From Lama glama (lineage: Eukaryota): DNA of 64,000 nucleotides. The notes under the pieces were generated by a model, which searched no databases, was not told where the DNA came from, and saw only the letters and a program-made list of their open reading frames with translations. The DNA is taken from NCBI GenBank assembly GCA_028534125.1, contig CM052817.1, positions 3,288,001 through 3,352,000 on the forward strand. The letters run 5' to 3'. This document shows positions 10,433 through 22,850 of this stretch, one piece after another (position 1 is the stretch's first letter; each line of letters opens with the position of its first letter). The position numbers and the translations under genes were made by a program.

Positions 10433-11899
10433 AGGCTCTACATGTGCCTCGGGGAGGCCTGGGGGGCCTTGCAGGGGAGCTGGCAGGAAATGAGAAGGGA
10501 AGGGGAGGAAGAGGGCACCGGACAAAGGGGTGGAGGTATGAAGCGCCCCTGACACTCAGTCCCCAGTGCTGGTCAGGACGCCGGCTGCTCCGAGTGGCGG
10601 CAATGAAGGAATAAGAGCCCCAGCCCCAGGCAGAGGCGTGGAGTGGCCCAGGCCAGGAGCCACCCAACGGAGCCCAGAGGAGATGCTAATGACGCTCGGG
10701 GGCCTCAGCCCTGACTGGGCCACCGGGGCGGAGGATGCTCCAGGCCCAGGAGCAAGACCCCCAGCGGGCTACCTTACCTCCTCCCCATCCCACCCACCGC
10801 TTTTGCTGTGCAAGCGTGTGAACTAAGACACAAGCGCGTGGAGTCACTTGCTCAGCTCGTAACGGACAAAGAGAGGCTGTATCTGACTTGGGTTCTAAAT
10901 TGGGCACCTCCTACCAGTGTCCAGCTCTCTGGATGGGAAAGGGACACCCTAGTTCTGCTGGTTTTATTTCTGGAGGTTTTAAGATGCCCCAAGGTGGGAG
11001 CTTTGCTTAAGGCTCTTTTCCTAGCAGGTGGAGTCTTTAGAAGTGGGTTATAACCATGGGGGCTAAATGGTGCCTGTGTCCTGGGCACTCTGCTGGCATG
11101 GGCAGGGCTCACCGGGCTTGGGCCTGCTGCTCACTGCGGCACATGGGTCTCATCAAATCCCGGCAGACGTCCCTGCTTTCACAGCCACTCCACAAGCCCC
11201 CAGCCAGTGCACCTGCAGAAGCCACGGCGAGCCTGGCAACCCTGACACAGTGGCGGCGTGGAGAGGCCGAGGCGCCCCTGACGCAGTGGGGGTGTGGGGA
11301 GGCCGGGGGGGACAGTGCTTGTCGCTTTGCATTTTGTCAGGAAGGACACACAAGCCGTCCTACAACTGGGACAGGCCAGTCACCTCCCAGGAACAGGCCT
11401 GGCCGCACCCGACGTCTTCGCCCCGCTGCCCAGGGTGATGCGCGTGGATGCACATGCTCTCCCGGGGAACCAGCCCGTTGGGGAGGATGCCAGGGCCGCT
11501 GAAGCCCAGAAGTGTCATTTCAATTAGGAAGCGTCCAAATAGAATGAGACAAATAGTAACACGAGAGACCTGCTGCAGACCAGATAGCACAGCTCCGAAG
11601 AGCTTCCCAGTCGGCAGCTGCCCCGTCGGGGGCGCGGACGGCCCGGAATCCCCAGCAGGCGGAGGGCGGGCAGGAGGGCGGGAGAAGGCTCCAGGCTGAG
11701 GACTGTGAGCCCCAACGTCAGGGGCTGGTGTCAAGGCCAGCTAGGGGCCCGGGCCAGGTTAGGCTCTCCTTGTGACCTTGGGAACCTATCCTCAGGAAAA
11801 TCCCTGAAGTTCTGCAGCCTTCACGCGATTAAGTCTCCTTCCTGGTATGCGGATGCAGCCTCCACTCCTCTCGGAACCGTTTTAAAAAACAATAGAATG

Positions 11900-12020
11900 A
11901 ACATACACATGTTCATGTGTGACTGAAGCGTTGGGCTGTACACCAGAAACTGACACAACAGTGTAAACTGCCTGTACTTCAATAAAAAATACACATACAC
12001 ACGAAAAACAGTTAATGTGC
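11900..12020 (+). mobile_element. Young, severely 5'-truncated L1 3' end with 15-bp TSD
   Basis: gtgtgactgaagcgttgggctgtacaccagaaactgacaca...tacttcaataaa flanked by aaaaacaatagaatg at 11885-11899 and 12021-12035; TTTT/AAAA target site. Confidence 0.85.
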
Positions 12021-13199
12021 AAAAACAATAGAATGCGATCCACAGAAAACAGCAACGACAATAAAAAGAGTAGAAGGGTCCCGTCCAGCCATCAGCTGGG
12101 CCCTCCGCCCCCGGCCAGCCCTTGTCCGCAGGTGAGCGTATTTACAGGCTGCAGTTACAACGTGGGCCCAGATTTTGTTCAGCCTTTATAGCTGAGTGGG
12201 CCGCATTTATTGCCTGCCTGCTGTGTAGCATCCCACCCCGGGCACGCGGTGTCGCTGCCGGGTCACTGGTTAGGACGAACGTTTCTGAAGCCTTCCTGAA
12301 AACACTAAGTGCCTACTACGTGCTGTGCACTTTGGAAACTGACTTTTCCCCTTTTTTTGGAAACTGGCTTTTCGTGTTGTTTCTCTGTTATTTCTGTTAC
12401 AAGCCCCTGTGCCCTTCATTAAATTTTCCTTCCTTTAACACACCCTGGATTATCCCCTAGGGTTAAGTCCTGAGAGTGGAGTTCTAAGCTTCTGCGCGGC
12501 TTTTAAAAAATGTATTCTTAGCTTCAAGAAACTCTGACAAGTCAATATTCTAAAAACAAGTGTCCTCATTTATTCTTAGAGGGTCCTGGCAGAAAATGAT
12601 AACATTTTTACATGCCGATTCCCGAATTACAGAATCTGATGCTTTGAATTGATTTTCTGAGTAACTGTTGACTGTATCTGATTTCTGCTAAAGGCAGCCC
12701 AAATGATATATTTTAAAGAGGAAGAAAAAAAATGTAAAGAGACATTAGCAGATGAGATCTGGGTGATATGGAAGGAAATCCTATTTTTAAATGTTCAGAG
12801 GAATATTTCAACACAAAGGACAAAAACGAAGTAGGAAGTGAGACACACTGAGCACGACTCTCCATCTCAGCAAGCATCAAAGAGATGCTTTAAGCCACGA
12901 AACTGGGGACATTGGATGGACAGGTTTTAATGTCAAAAATTCCCGGAATACAAAACAAAGGTTGATTCAATGACAAAACTGAATAGTCACGCCCATAACC
13001 TTCGGGCTTCCATTCCCCAACTGTGTCCTGAAAGACGCGCCCTCCGGCACCGGCACCCGCGCTTCCCCAGCACCGGCCGCACGCGCCCCGGCGGGAGGCC
13101 CTGCCGGACCTGGGGTGAAGTTCTGAGATCTGGGCCCGCAGGTGCCTCCGTCCTTTTCTAATACTGGACCCTGAGGCTTAGCTTGCTTGTGACATCAAG

Positions 13200-13425
13200 T
13201 AGCAACCATAGACTAATGCAATAACTCAGCATCGCTGCCCCCACACGGCAGGTACCATGCTGTATGTGTGGCGTGGTTTGGCCCCCTTAAATCTCCCAAT
13301 ACCTCTGCGAGGTAGGGGCGAGCATCACCATCCCATTTTCCAGGGGAGGAGACCGAGGCACGGAGAGGTGAAGCGATAAGCACAGGGGCTGAGCCTGAAC
13401 CCCAGGAGTCCGGCTCTGAGCCCAT
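13200..13425 (-). mobile_element. MIR SINE
   Basis: ctctgcgaggtagg...cccattttccaggggaggagaccgaggcacggagaggtgaagcga...tgaaccccaggagtccggctctgagccc. Confidence 0.75.
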
Positions 13426-14469
13426 GAACGTCCCCCCACCCCACGTAGCCCCCAGTCCTCACCAGGGACCACTTCCCAGAAGGGAAGGTGTGAGAGGAGA
13501 CGCTTCTCCAACCTGTGCTGTGGGTGTGGCTGTGGGTGGGGGCTCCAACAAGCAGCAGGACCACCCAGGGAAGAAGACCCAGGCTTCACATGAACTGGGA
13601 ATTTTTGCTTCATGGTTCGGCTGGGGGTCGGAGGGGAGCCTGGCCCAGCTCCTTCCAGGGGGCCACGCCGTCTCCCCTCTCCCATGCTCACGCATCCCGC
13701 AGGGGCCCCTGTCAGCACCAACCACAAAGAAGGACGGGCCCCTCCGTGGAAGACAATGAGCCCCTCTGGGTTCACAGCCACACGGCCTGCGTTTTCCCAG
13801 CTGATAAAACCCGCAGATGTGCCAGCCAGAGGCCCAGAGTTCTCTCTGTTCCTTCAACCTACGCCGGTTTCCTCTTCTCCCAAATCATGACATCACCCTC
13901 TGAACAACCTCCCCTGTGTCTCTAGAGCCTTCAGGATGGAGCCAGGTTCCTAGCAAGAGCAGGCCCTGGGCGAGCCTCGGAGAGTTCCTAGCAAGAGCAG
14001 GGAGGGGTGCTGGCAGCTGCCATTCTGCACAGGAGGGGGGCGGGGCTCGGGGAGGAGAACCCTCCTCACGGCAGAGCCTTCAGCAGGTGCAGACAGGACC
14101 CAGGACACCCGGGGCCCCCCCGACACCCCCGCGTGGATCTCCCTGCTGCCCTTCTGTACAGCCGCCACTCCCTGTGACACCTGTGTCACCATAAATGACT
14201 TCCCATCCCCTCGACCCACTGGGATGCTCCTAGACAGCCAGGACTGCATCTGGCCAGCCCTCTGGCCCAACACCCCGCATGAAGTGAGTGCCCATAAGTG
14301 CTGGTTGAATGAAGTGTGTGAATTAAGGAATGAGTGAAGGAAGGAATGACATAGCGCTCACCTAGACACCGTCACGGGGACTGCCGATGCCCAACACAAG
14401 CTCTCAGCACCCAACCGCGCTGTAAGAGCCAAGAGAGCCCTCAAGACCCCCGGCCTTGGATCACATCCC

Positions 14470-14580
14470 TCCTGTGAATAGAACACAGGCCCAGAGAAGG
14501 GCAGTCACTCGCTCAAGGTCACACAGCAGCTGAGTAGCAGAGGGGGCGAATTTGACCAAGGTCTCCTGGCCCCAAGGTCA
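14470..14580 (-). mobile_element. MIR fragment
   Basis: aggcccagagaagggcagtcactcgctcaaggtcacacagc. Confidence 0.65.
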
Positions 14581-15399
14581 GTGTTTCTGTCTCCAGGCTC
14601 CTCCAGGCTGTCTCAGACAGCAGCATACAGCTGCAGGGCAGATGTTAGAATCTTTTCTCCTTCTACTCACAGCCAAGAAAAACAAGACAGACCCAAACCC
14701 TTCACACCTTCCAGCACCACAGGCTGCTTCAAAATGCATCAGGTGAGGGACTTGGGAGCAGTAGATAAAAGCTCTGATCTGTAGAAGGCGGGCAGTTTGC
14801 AGCAGTGCATCCACCCCTGCAGCCCCAGGGAGTCGGCAGGACAGACAGGCATCCTGGCATCCTGCTCTCAACGTGCAGAGAAGGCAGCTCCGTGGCCACT
14901 GGGCAAAAGCCAGAGCCCATGCATTGGGCAGTGTGCTGGGGCCACAGCGACGGCATGAGACGGTGAAGAGCTCGGCCGAGACCTGCAGTGGACTGGGCCC
15001 GGCAGAGCCCCTGCCCCCTCCAGGCACTTTCCAGGCCAAGCAGGTGGAAAGCCTTGGGGAGGCTCACATCGTCCCAGGAGCCAGCTGCCTGCAGGTGCCT
15101 CCAAGCTTCATCCTAAGGCAGCAGCCACGGTCCACGCCATGCTCGTGTGGAGGGGGCGTGAGGACAGGCTGCGTGACCTGCGGCTGGTCGCTCAACTTAC
15201 TAGACCTCAGGGGTCCCGTCTGTACCCTGGGGACATGCCTTCCACCCAGGGGTGTCACAAGGGTTAAATGAAGTGACAAGCTTGGACCGCTCAGCACAGT
15301 AACTGGCCCAGGTGCAGCCAGTCCCTTCCTCCCCCTCTGCTCCCTGCCCACCCCCCACCAGACAAGCGACGGAGCAGGAACGGGTTAACGCAGCTCATC

Positions 15400-15750
15400 T
15401 ACGTTGTCCAAACCCCACACGTCCCAAAGGAAGGTTTAGCCCTTGACTGGCACCTGGAAGGGTCACCTCTAAGCCCTTGGAAGGTCCTGCCTGTTAAGAG
15501 CTGTTTCCTAAGGCCTTGGGCCGGCCACACGTCTCTGCTAACAATGATTCGTGGCGGGGGCCTTGGGTCAGTGGGTCTCATTTTTACCTTGGAGGGGCTG
15601 GAGACTCAGGCCAGCCACAAGGCCACATGACTGACCCCCAGTAAAAACTTTGGACACATCAAGACTCAGGTGGGTGAGTCTGCCTGGTTGGGAAACTTCA
15701 TGTGTGTTGTCCCGTGTCACTGCTTACAGAGTGGAGCACTGTCCATGTGG
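15400..15750 (+). mobile_element. MER21-like LTR fragment
   Basis: cctctaagcccttggaaggtcctgcctg, ggaggggctggagactcaggccagccac, ccccagtaaaaactttggacac, cctggttgg. Confidence 0.7.
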
Positions 15751-15764
15751 CCCAGGAAATGTGA

Positions 15765-16020
15765 CCAGGGCCTTTGCACATGCTGTCCTCCTTCCCAGAC
15801 ACCCGCGTGGACTGACTCCTCACGGCATCCCAGGCTCTGCCCAAATGTCCCCTCGCGGAGGAGGACACCCCCCTCCCCCTGTTACTCTCTGTCCCTTGTC
15901 CCGGCTGACTTTTGCCCACAGTGCATATTGCTGCCTGACACCGCACACGTGTTTTGCTGATTTATTGTCTGTCTTCCTCCAGAACATCAGCTCCTGGGAG
16001 GGGAGTGCTGGTGTCTGGGT
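15765..16020 (+). mobile_element. L2 fragment
   Basis: cagggcctttgcacatgctgtc...ctctgcccaaatgtcccctc...tttattgtctgtcttcc...cagctcctgggaggg. Confidence 0.7.
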
Positions 16021-17224
16021 TCCCATCCCCCCGCCCCGGAGAGCCCACCCACCCAGGGTGCTCCCTTGGGTCTGTCGTATGTGTGATCCGGTCACACGTT
16101 GTTTTCCCCCGAGGGCTGCTCCGCTGACTGAAAGTGCTCCTTCCCTCGCTGCCGGCTGCAACCTTGCTCGTAAGTCAGGGGCCCACAGGTGGGGCCTGGG
16201 CTGGGCTCACCCTGGGCCGGCGGAGCTGCTGGCCCTGGGCTCAGACACCAGCAGCAGCTAGTCTCCTGTGGGTCTGTCACCTGCCCTGTGACACTGTGAA
16301 AGCTGCAAGACCACAGCCCTCGCCTCTGTGTCTCCTGCCCCCAGCCCCAGCAGACGTCAGTGAAAGTCTGCTGAAATGAATGAATGATGCCAAACCCCTT
16401 CCATAATGGCAGGAAAAGACAGTAAAAGTTAGGCAAGGAGCAGGCGCACTCCCGCCCCCCCAGCGCCCTCTCTTCGGGAGGCGGCCGCATCACCGCCCCA
16501 GGCCCGGGCGCAGCGTGATAACTTAATGCACTCCAGGCAAGGGAGCTGGAGCGGGTGGAAACTGGCGGAACGTATTTCTCCAATTCGTAAGAATCCCATT
16601 TGAGAGTTAAATAATGACAAGATGCCTTTAAGCGCTTGAAAATTACGAGCTAAGCCGTTCTCAGAGAAGGCCTGTCATGCAGCAAGCACGCAGGATTGAT
16701 TGTTCCGACCACAGACCACAGATCCACGGGCGGGGCGGCGGGAAGACTGCAGGCTGGCTCCCGGGAAGCACGGGGGCATCCCTGGGGCCGCAGAATCTCA
16801 CCTCCCCCAACCCCCCCTCCCCCCCGCAGGGCGGGCCTCCCCGGCACCGCATCTCCCTTGGGCTCCCTGTGCCCAGAGGCGCTGATCAGACGGTGCCCGC
16901 CATCCCTGGCTCTGGCCAACCTTCGGAGCCAGTGTCCTGACTGGGCTGCGAGTGGACCCCTTAAACTCCAGGCCCTGTGAACACTGAACACGACTCTTTG
17001 TCCATGCCTCACTTCTAGAATCAAGCTATAGCCAGGTTCCCCCTCCCGGGAGCTTTGGCCAGCAGTGCTGTCTCAGAGGGGTGAGGCGTGGGGGCTTCTG
17101 CTGGCCGTTGGCCAAGGCCCGGGCTGGAACTCCCACTTGTCCACAGTAAAAATATTTTAAAAGTCATGCAACTTACACCTGTAGGGCACAGCATACTTCT
17201 TCAAAGCGCCCTCTTGCATTGTTA

Positions 17225-17350
17225 CCACAGAGGATCCCACTTTAGAGACTAGAAAATCAAGGCTCAGAGAAGTTAAGTGACTTGCTCAGAGATCCACAGC
17301 AAGCAGGTGGAGAGGCAGGGGGTACTCAGGCCTGTCGGATTCCACAGCCC
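17225..17350 (-). mobile_element. MIR fragment
   Basis: cccactttagagactagaaaatcaaggctcagagaagttaagtgacttgctcagaga. Confidence 0.7.
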
Positions 17351-17688
17351 TCGACCCTCCCCTTCTGCTTGAAGGGAAAGCAGCGGTGATGGTCCTCCAA
17401 GTGGCCCTGTGTTCCAGAAGCAGTGCCTTGGGCTTTACCTACAGCCTCTTAGCTCACCTGCAGCCTGGAGGGAGGTGTGAGAACTGGCCTTGACAAGAAA
17501 CGAAACAGAGGTTCTGGGACCAGAAGCGGCTTGGCCAAGGCCCCGTGGTCCCTGATGGCAGTATCTCTGGGACAGGCTCGATTCAGACGAAGAGCTCCCA
17601 CCACCTGGGGTTCTGGCCTCGCAGAGACATGGGGTCTCGCACACTCCCGGGGTGCTCACAAAAGGACACCTGCCACACTTGCATGTGC

Positions 17689-17707
17689 CCGTCAGTAGAG
17701 GGCGCTC
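17689..17707 (+). promoter_or_regulatory. Candidate CTCF site
   Basis: TCAGTAGAGGGCGCT versus core CCASYAGRKGGCRCY (1 mismatch); motif evidence only. Confidence 0.45.
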
Positions 17708-18000
17708 CTCCTCCCATGGTAACGTGGAAAAGGAGGTGAACAGGGGCCTGAGTGCGGCCTGGGGGAAGGGGATGGGGGAGGGAGGGAGTGGAGGTTCTCT
17801 CGGGCCCTGTTCTTGGAAAGCCTGGGGGTGGGTATTAACATGATGGTAAGGATGGAGTCTGAGGGGTTGATTCTGGGAGGGACCAATCCCATGGATGCAA
17901 GCTATAGACCAGTGAGCCGTGCCTCATGGTATTCTGGGCGTTTTTGGTTGGACATCCCCAGTCCTCTCAGAACACTTCCCACCTGCTTTCCTCAATGACT

Positions 18001-18125
18001 GTCCATCCATCAACCCATCTTTCCATCCATCCATCCTTCGGTCCTTCCATCACCACCCACCTGCCCATCCACCTGTCCATCTATCCATCTGTCCATCCCT
18101 CCTACTTCCTCCCTTCCTTCCGTCC
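18001..18125. repeat. Degenerate (CCAT)n / (CCTT)n microsatellite
   Basis: gtccatccatcaacccatctttccatccatccatcc... Confidence 0.85.
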
Positions 18126-19039
18126 AACTCAAACACCACACGTTACTGGGTCCCTGCTCTGTGCCTGGCCCTGGGTTGGGCTTTGAGGGGGGACCTGGAG
18201 ATGCCTTGGAGAGTCTCTGCCCCCAGGAGCACAGGGGATGTTTGATAAGTGACCGAGGGAGCCTTTGAGATGCTCTCCCAGTAACCACCTCCCTGAAAAG
18301 TCTCCTCTGGGGCCTGTTTCCACCATTGTTGTGTCTCCCAGCTCCTGGGACCCGCTCCTGGGGGGATTCCAGAATGTGGTGTCCTTCACAGGGGCCCGAG
18401 AATGAATCTGTGGGGCCCACGCTGCAGCCCACATTGGGCGCATCACATATGCCGCCTCCCCTAGACCCACTAAAGAAGACTGTGTGTGTGATTTGGGCCC
18501 GGGGTGATGTCAGTTCTGTTTTCCTCCCCATTAAGGAGATTTTCTTCTGAGGATAGTTTCTTACCAGGAAAGGGGCCAAAGCTTGTCTGAATTTTCTTCA
18601 TCTGAATGTCTGGGGGAGAAGCAGACAGCTGACGCTGAAATTCCAGACAGAGCGAGGGAGGGGAGCTCAATTTTCCAGCACCAGGAAGAAACAGGCTGTC
18701 TGGCCTTCGCCCTGCCCTGTTCGCACCTGCCTTCCAGCCCCCAGAGCATCTCCACCTTCACTGGGGGCACCCAGACCGTGTCTGCAGAAACACTCCCCAG
18801 AGTCCATCTCTCCATTTGTCCCTCTGGGCAGGGCCTCTGGTTCTCTTTCTGCACCTATAACTCTGTCTCTGTCTCTGAGGGTCTCTCCACAGGTGCAGCA
18901 CTGTCCTTGCCTCACTTGGTCTGTCTGTCTGTCTCTCTCTCCATGAGCCATTCACTACTTCATTCTCCCCTGCCACCTCCCTGTCCCCTTTCTCCTAGGG
19001 TCATCTCAGGAGCAGACGTCCCATGACAGAAAGGTCTGG

Positions 19040-19360
19040 GGACAATGTGTGTCATCTCCCTTGGCCGCAGGGAAGCAGGAGACCATCCTGCAGGGCTCCG
19101 GATCCCAAGGAGCTGACAGACGCTCTGGAGGAGCAGTGGGACAATCACTGAGCAGAGTGAGTGTCCAGTGCCAGGTACGCTGTGTGCTCTGAATGAAAGA
19201 ATAAGCAGCAGAGTCATGGGGGAGGGGCATTCAGGCAAAGGGGCCCAGGACGCTCTCCTCAAAGAAAGGACATTTGAACAGAGAACTGGGATAAATCCAG
19301 GAGTCCATGTGGATATTTGGAAACAAGAGTAGCACGTGCAAAGGCCCTGAGGTGGGACTC
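19040..19360 (-). mobile_element. L2 fragment
   Basis: gaaaggacatttgaacagagaactg...gagtccatgtggatatttgg...gcacgtgcaaaggccctgaggtggga. Confidence 0.6.
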
Positions 19361-21229
19361 CACACCCAGGCTGCATTTCCTGGACATGCTGCCTATGGAA
19401 CAGGATACATCTCCCCAGCCCCTTGCTCATAGCCATTGGATTCCAGGGACCTGGAATTGGCCTTTATCATGAAGTCAGGGCCCTTCAGATTTCAACCTCA
19501 GCCAGTCTGGCCAATGTGGTAACCGAAGGGCTGGTGACAGGGCAAGGCACCCTCGGCGGGGAGTCAGCAGGCAGACGCCGCGCACACAGAAGCTGCTGAC
19601 AGCGGGGAGGGCTGGGGCACCATCCTGTCTTGGGCCGCAAGGAGGACCCTCCCGGCCAGGACTCCGGAACATTCAGCAGGGGCCCTTCCTCCTGCCCAGC
19701 CTCCCCTGCCAGCCCCACAGTCAGGTGCAGTCCTGCCACCCCTTGGGAAGGGAAGGCTTTGTGTCCACGTCACTCTCAATCTGGGGCTGTGAACACAGCC
19801 AGGCTGCGAAACTGATCAGGCTGCTGGTGGAAACCCGCTTCGCACGAGACCTCCGCGCTCTCTTCAGACCCCACAGCCACACTAATAAGGCAAATAAACA
19901 CAGCATTTACAGATCAGAGGCGCCGCGGTTACAGCCTATTAAGTTAAATTCACCATCAACGGCGAGAGAGAAGACAGACTGGGATTAATCTAGTGGCAAT
20001 TAAAAAAAGAAGAAGAAGAAGAAGAAACAAAGGAGTGTTTTGGGAGGGAGGTGATTTGGCGGTCCGCAGAGCAGTGACGGCGGGTGCCGGCAGCTGGCAG
20101 GAGCTCGTGGCGTGGCAGGGCAGTGCTGGGCCTCCTGCGACAGAGCCTCTGTGGGGCCCCCGGGACACAGCCCGTCAGGGCGGGGAGGCTGAGCCTTCTC
20201 CTCCGAGCCCAGCGGGGTCATTGCCAAGAGGTAAGCGCGGCCTTCCCAGCGTCACCACAAGGCGTTCCCTCTTCTCGCCCTACGCAGCCTCCCTCAGCCC
20301 ACAAAGCCCTCTTCCTGGTGGTTTATCCAGCCCTTTTGAAGCTTGACGTCTCCCATCTGTGAAATGGGCATGAGAGGCATGCCCTCCATGTCTTCCTCAA
20401 AGTCCTCCCATCTGTGCGGACGAGAACAGACTTGGCAGCGTTTTGCTGGTTGTGCCGCAGTCCTTCTGTTTCCCTCCAAATCCATCCCCTGACCCCGCCT
20501 TGCTTTGAGCCATGGGAGCCAGAGCCCCATCCCAGGCCGGCCATCCATCTACCAGCCGACTTCCTGTTGGGCTCAGCCAATGGGAGGCCCCAGTGGGAGG
20601 CTGGAGGGCGGGAGGAGGGAGAAGCCGGGGTACCTCTCCCTCGGCCCTCCGCCTCCTGTGTGTCTCCAGCAGAGGCTGCATCTGCTCCTGCTCCTGCTCC
20701 TGCTCCAGCTCCCGCCGGACAGGCCCACCTAGATTCTGACTCCTGCTGGGCCGTCGCTCCTGAGCTGGAGGACCACCACCCTCTCCCTGCATGCTCCACC
20801 CTAGAGGAGGCAGTGAACCCCGCAGTCCTCATCTCCGGGCTGCCTCCCTGCTCCTGGTGGCTCCTTGGCCTCACCCATCACCAGGTAACCCACTCTCTGC
20901 CGGCCTCCTGTCTGGAGAGTATGCAGTCCCCACAGACATCACTGTGACCCACGGTGTTCCTGTGTGTGCTCAGCGTGTCCGCCGTTGCCCGGGCCCCCTT
21001 CCCTGCCGTGCTCAGGGTGACACGCATGCCCAGGAACGTGCTTTCCTGACAGCTCGCGTGCAGATTTCCCGCTGGCCCTGCCGGACTCCAGCCCTATCCC
21101 CCCTTCCCCACTTTGCTTTCCTTCTGTGATATTCTCTGTTGCTTTTGATCAGCATCAGGCTCCTGTTCTATCCTTTGGGCCTCTCCTCAGAGTTTCGGCA
21201 CAGGGTGCAGCCCCCTGGTTTTTTCATGC

Positions 21230-22850
21230 AATGAAAATAGGTTTGCTGTTTAATTTCTGACTATAGAAACTGCACTTGTGCATTGTAGCAACTGGAGTAT
21301 TGCACACGCATACGAGCAAAGAAGGATGAATAGTCTGGAATGCCATCACCCTGACGCAACCACAACTACAGGCGAGGTGGCGAGTGGGGACTGGGGTCTG
21401 CTCCTTTCGCTCCTCCCTCCCGCGCTCCCTCTCTATGCCTTTTATAAAATCCTGCCTCCCCCAGCCCCTGCCCAGAGAGCTTCCCTTCGCCCGCTCCCAG
21501 GTAAGCAAGCCAGAGCAAGCATCCCAACAGAGGACCCCCACCCCCGGGGCTCCCCGAGCTCACATGTAAGCACACACAAATGGAAACACCTGTGGCGGTC
21601 TCTTTTCTCACTTAATAACACAACGCGGAAGCCCCTCCAGATCCGAGGACACCGCTGCACCATGGCTGCCCAGGGCTCCCTGGAGCGGGTGCACATCCCC
21701 TTGGCGCCCTGTCTGTAGGCACCCACTTGGCTCCCCGTTGTCCGTGATTCTTTTTGTCCTTATCAGCCATGCTGGATGTAAGAAACATCCCCGCCAATAG
21801 AACCTTAAACCTGGCTGCTTCTGCTGTTCCAGGGGAGACCATGGGAGTGGGACTGAGGACTACGTGTCTCTCCCGGTGGCGGCGTTGCTAGAGGCTGACC
21901 CGCCGGCAACATGAGGGACACTTGCCTGCTCCACTTAGACCCTTCCCCGAAGCTCAGTGGGAAGAGGCGTCTTCTCTCTCTCTTATTTGTGCCTCTTCGA
22001 TGGGTGATTAGAAAGTGGCAAAGTCCTCGCTTTACTTTGCATCTTCCTGCTTCCTGGGGACTGAGTATCCTTCTCCAGGTGACTGGCTTCACCAGGTAAT
22101 TCTGCTATCGTGTCAATATCCACCCCCCCCATTCTGTTTCTCTTCGAATCCCTCAGCTAGCCCCTTACAAAAGCTTTCTAGAAACATATCAGAGATACTT
22201 ATCATTCAGCATTAACCCTGTCCTTATCAGAACTGTTGCATTTCTCATTAATCCATTTTATTTTTTGTTGATTTTAGTTACAGTGTTTTTGTTTTACACG
22301 CAATTGTGTTTTATGCATCAAACGTGTCTACATTTTCTCTTATAAATTCTGGGTTCCCTATCTTATTTAAATGACCACATGTATCCTCCTTGCTTACAAT
22401 ATTTGGATTTTTTAACTTTCATTTCTTTGACACGTCTGAGATTTATTTGGGCACGTGGTTTCGACCTGGAGATCCAATCCCATGCTCCCACCTAGTACTT
22501 CACCAAAGACAGGACACAAGTGGTTATGTTTTTGTTTTTTTCCCATTGGAAGTACCAAATGGGCCAATGATATCTTCTCCCCACTGATTTGAAAAACCAC
22601 CTTCCTCGTTAATTCTCGCTGTCTGTCAGCAAGTGCGTGTCCATTGGAGTCTATGAGCGAGGCTCATTCACCCACTGACAGACCGTCTACTTCCGGGGGC
22701 AACTGCTCTAAGATAAGTTTAACATCTTCTAAATGAGTTCCCCTTCTTGGTTTCTTTTTCTATTTTTAGAAATTTTTGCTATTCTTAAATACCTATCCTT
22801 CTACATAAACTTTAAGAGAATTTTATCCACATTCATTTGTATACAGTAAA
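21230..22850 (-). mobile_element. Old, fragmented L1 (L1ME-like)
   Basis: AT-rich, T-biased block with antisense L1 motifs: ttttctcacttaataa, tttactttgcatcttcctg...tgagtatcctt, tttccccactgatttga-like, tttttgctattctt...ataaactttaaga. Confidence 0.6.
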
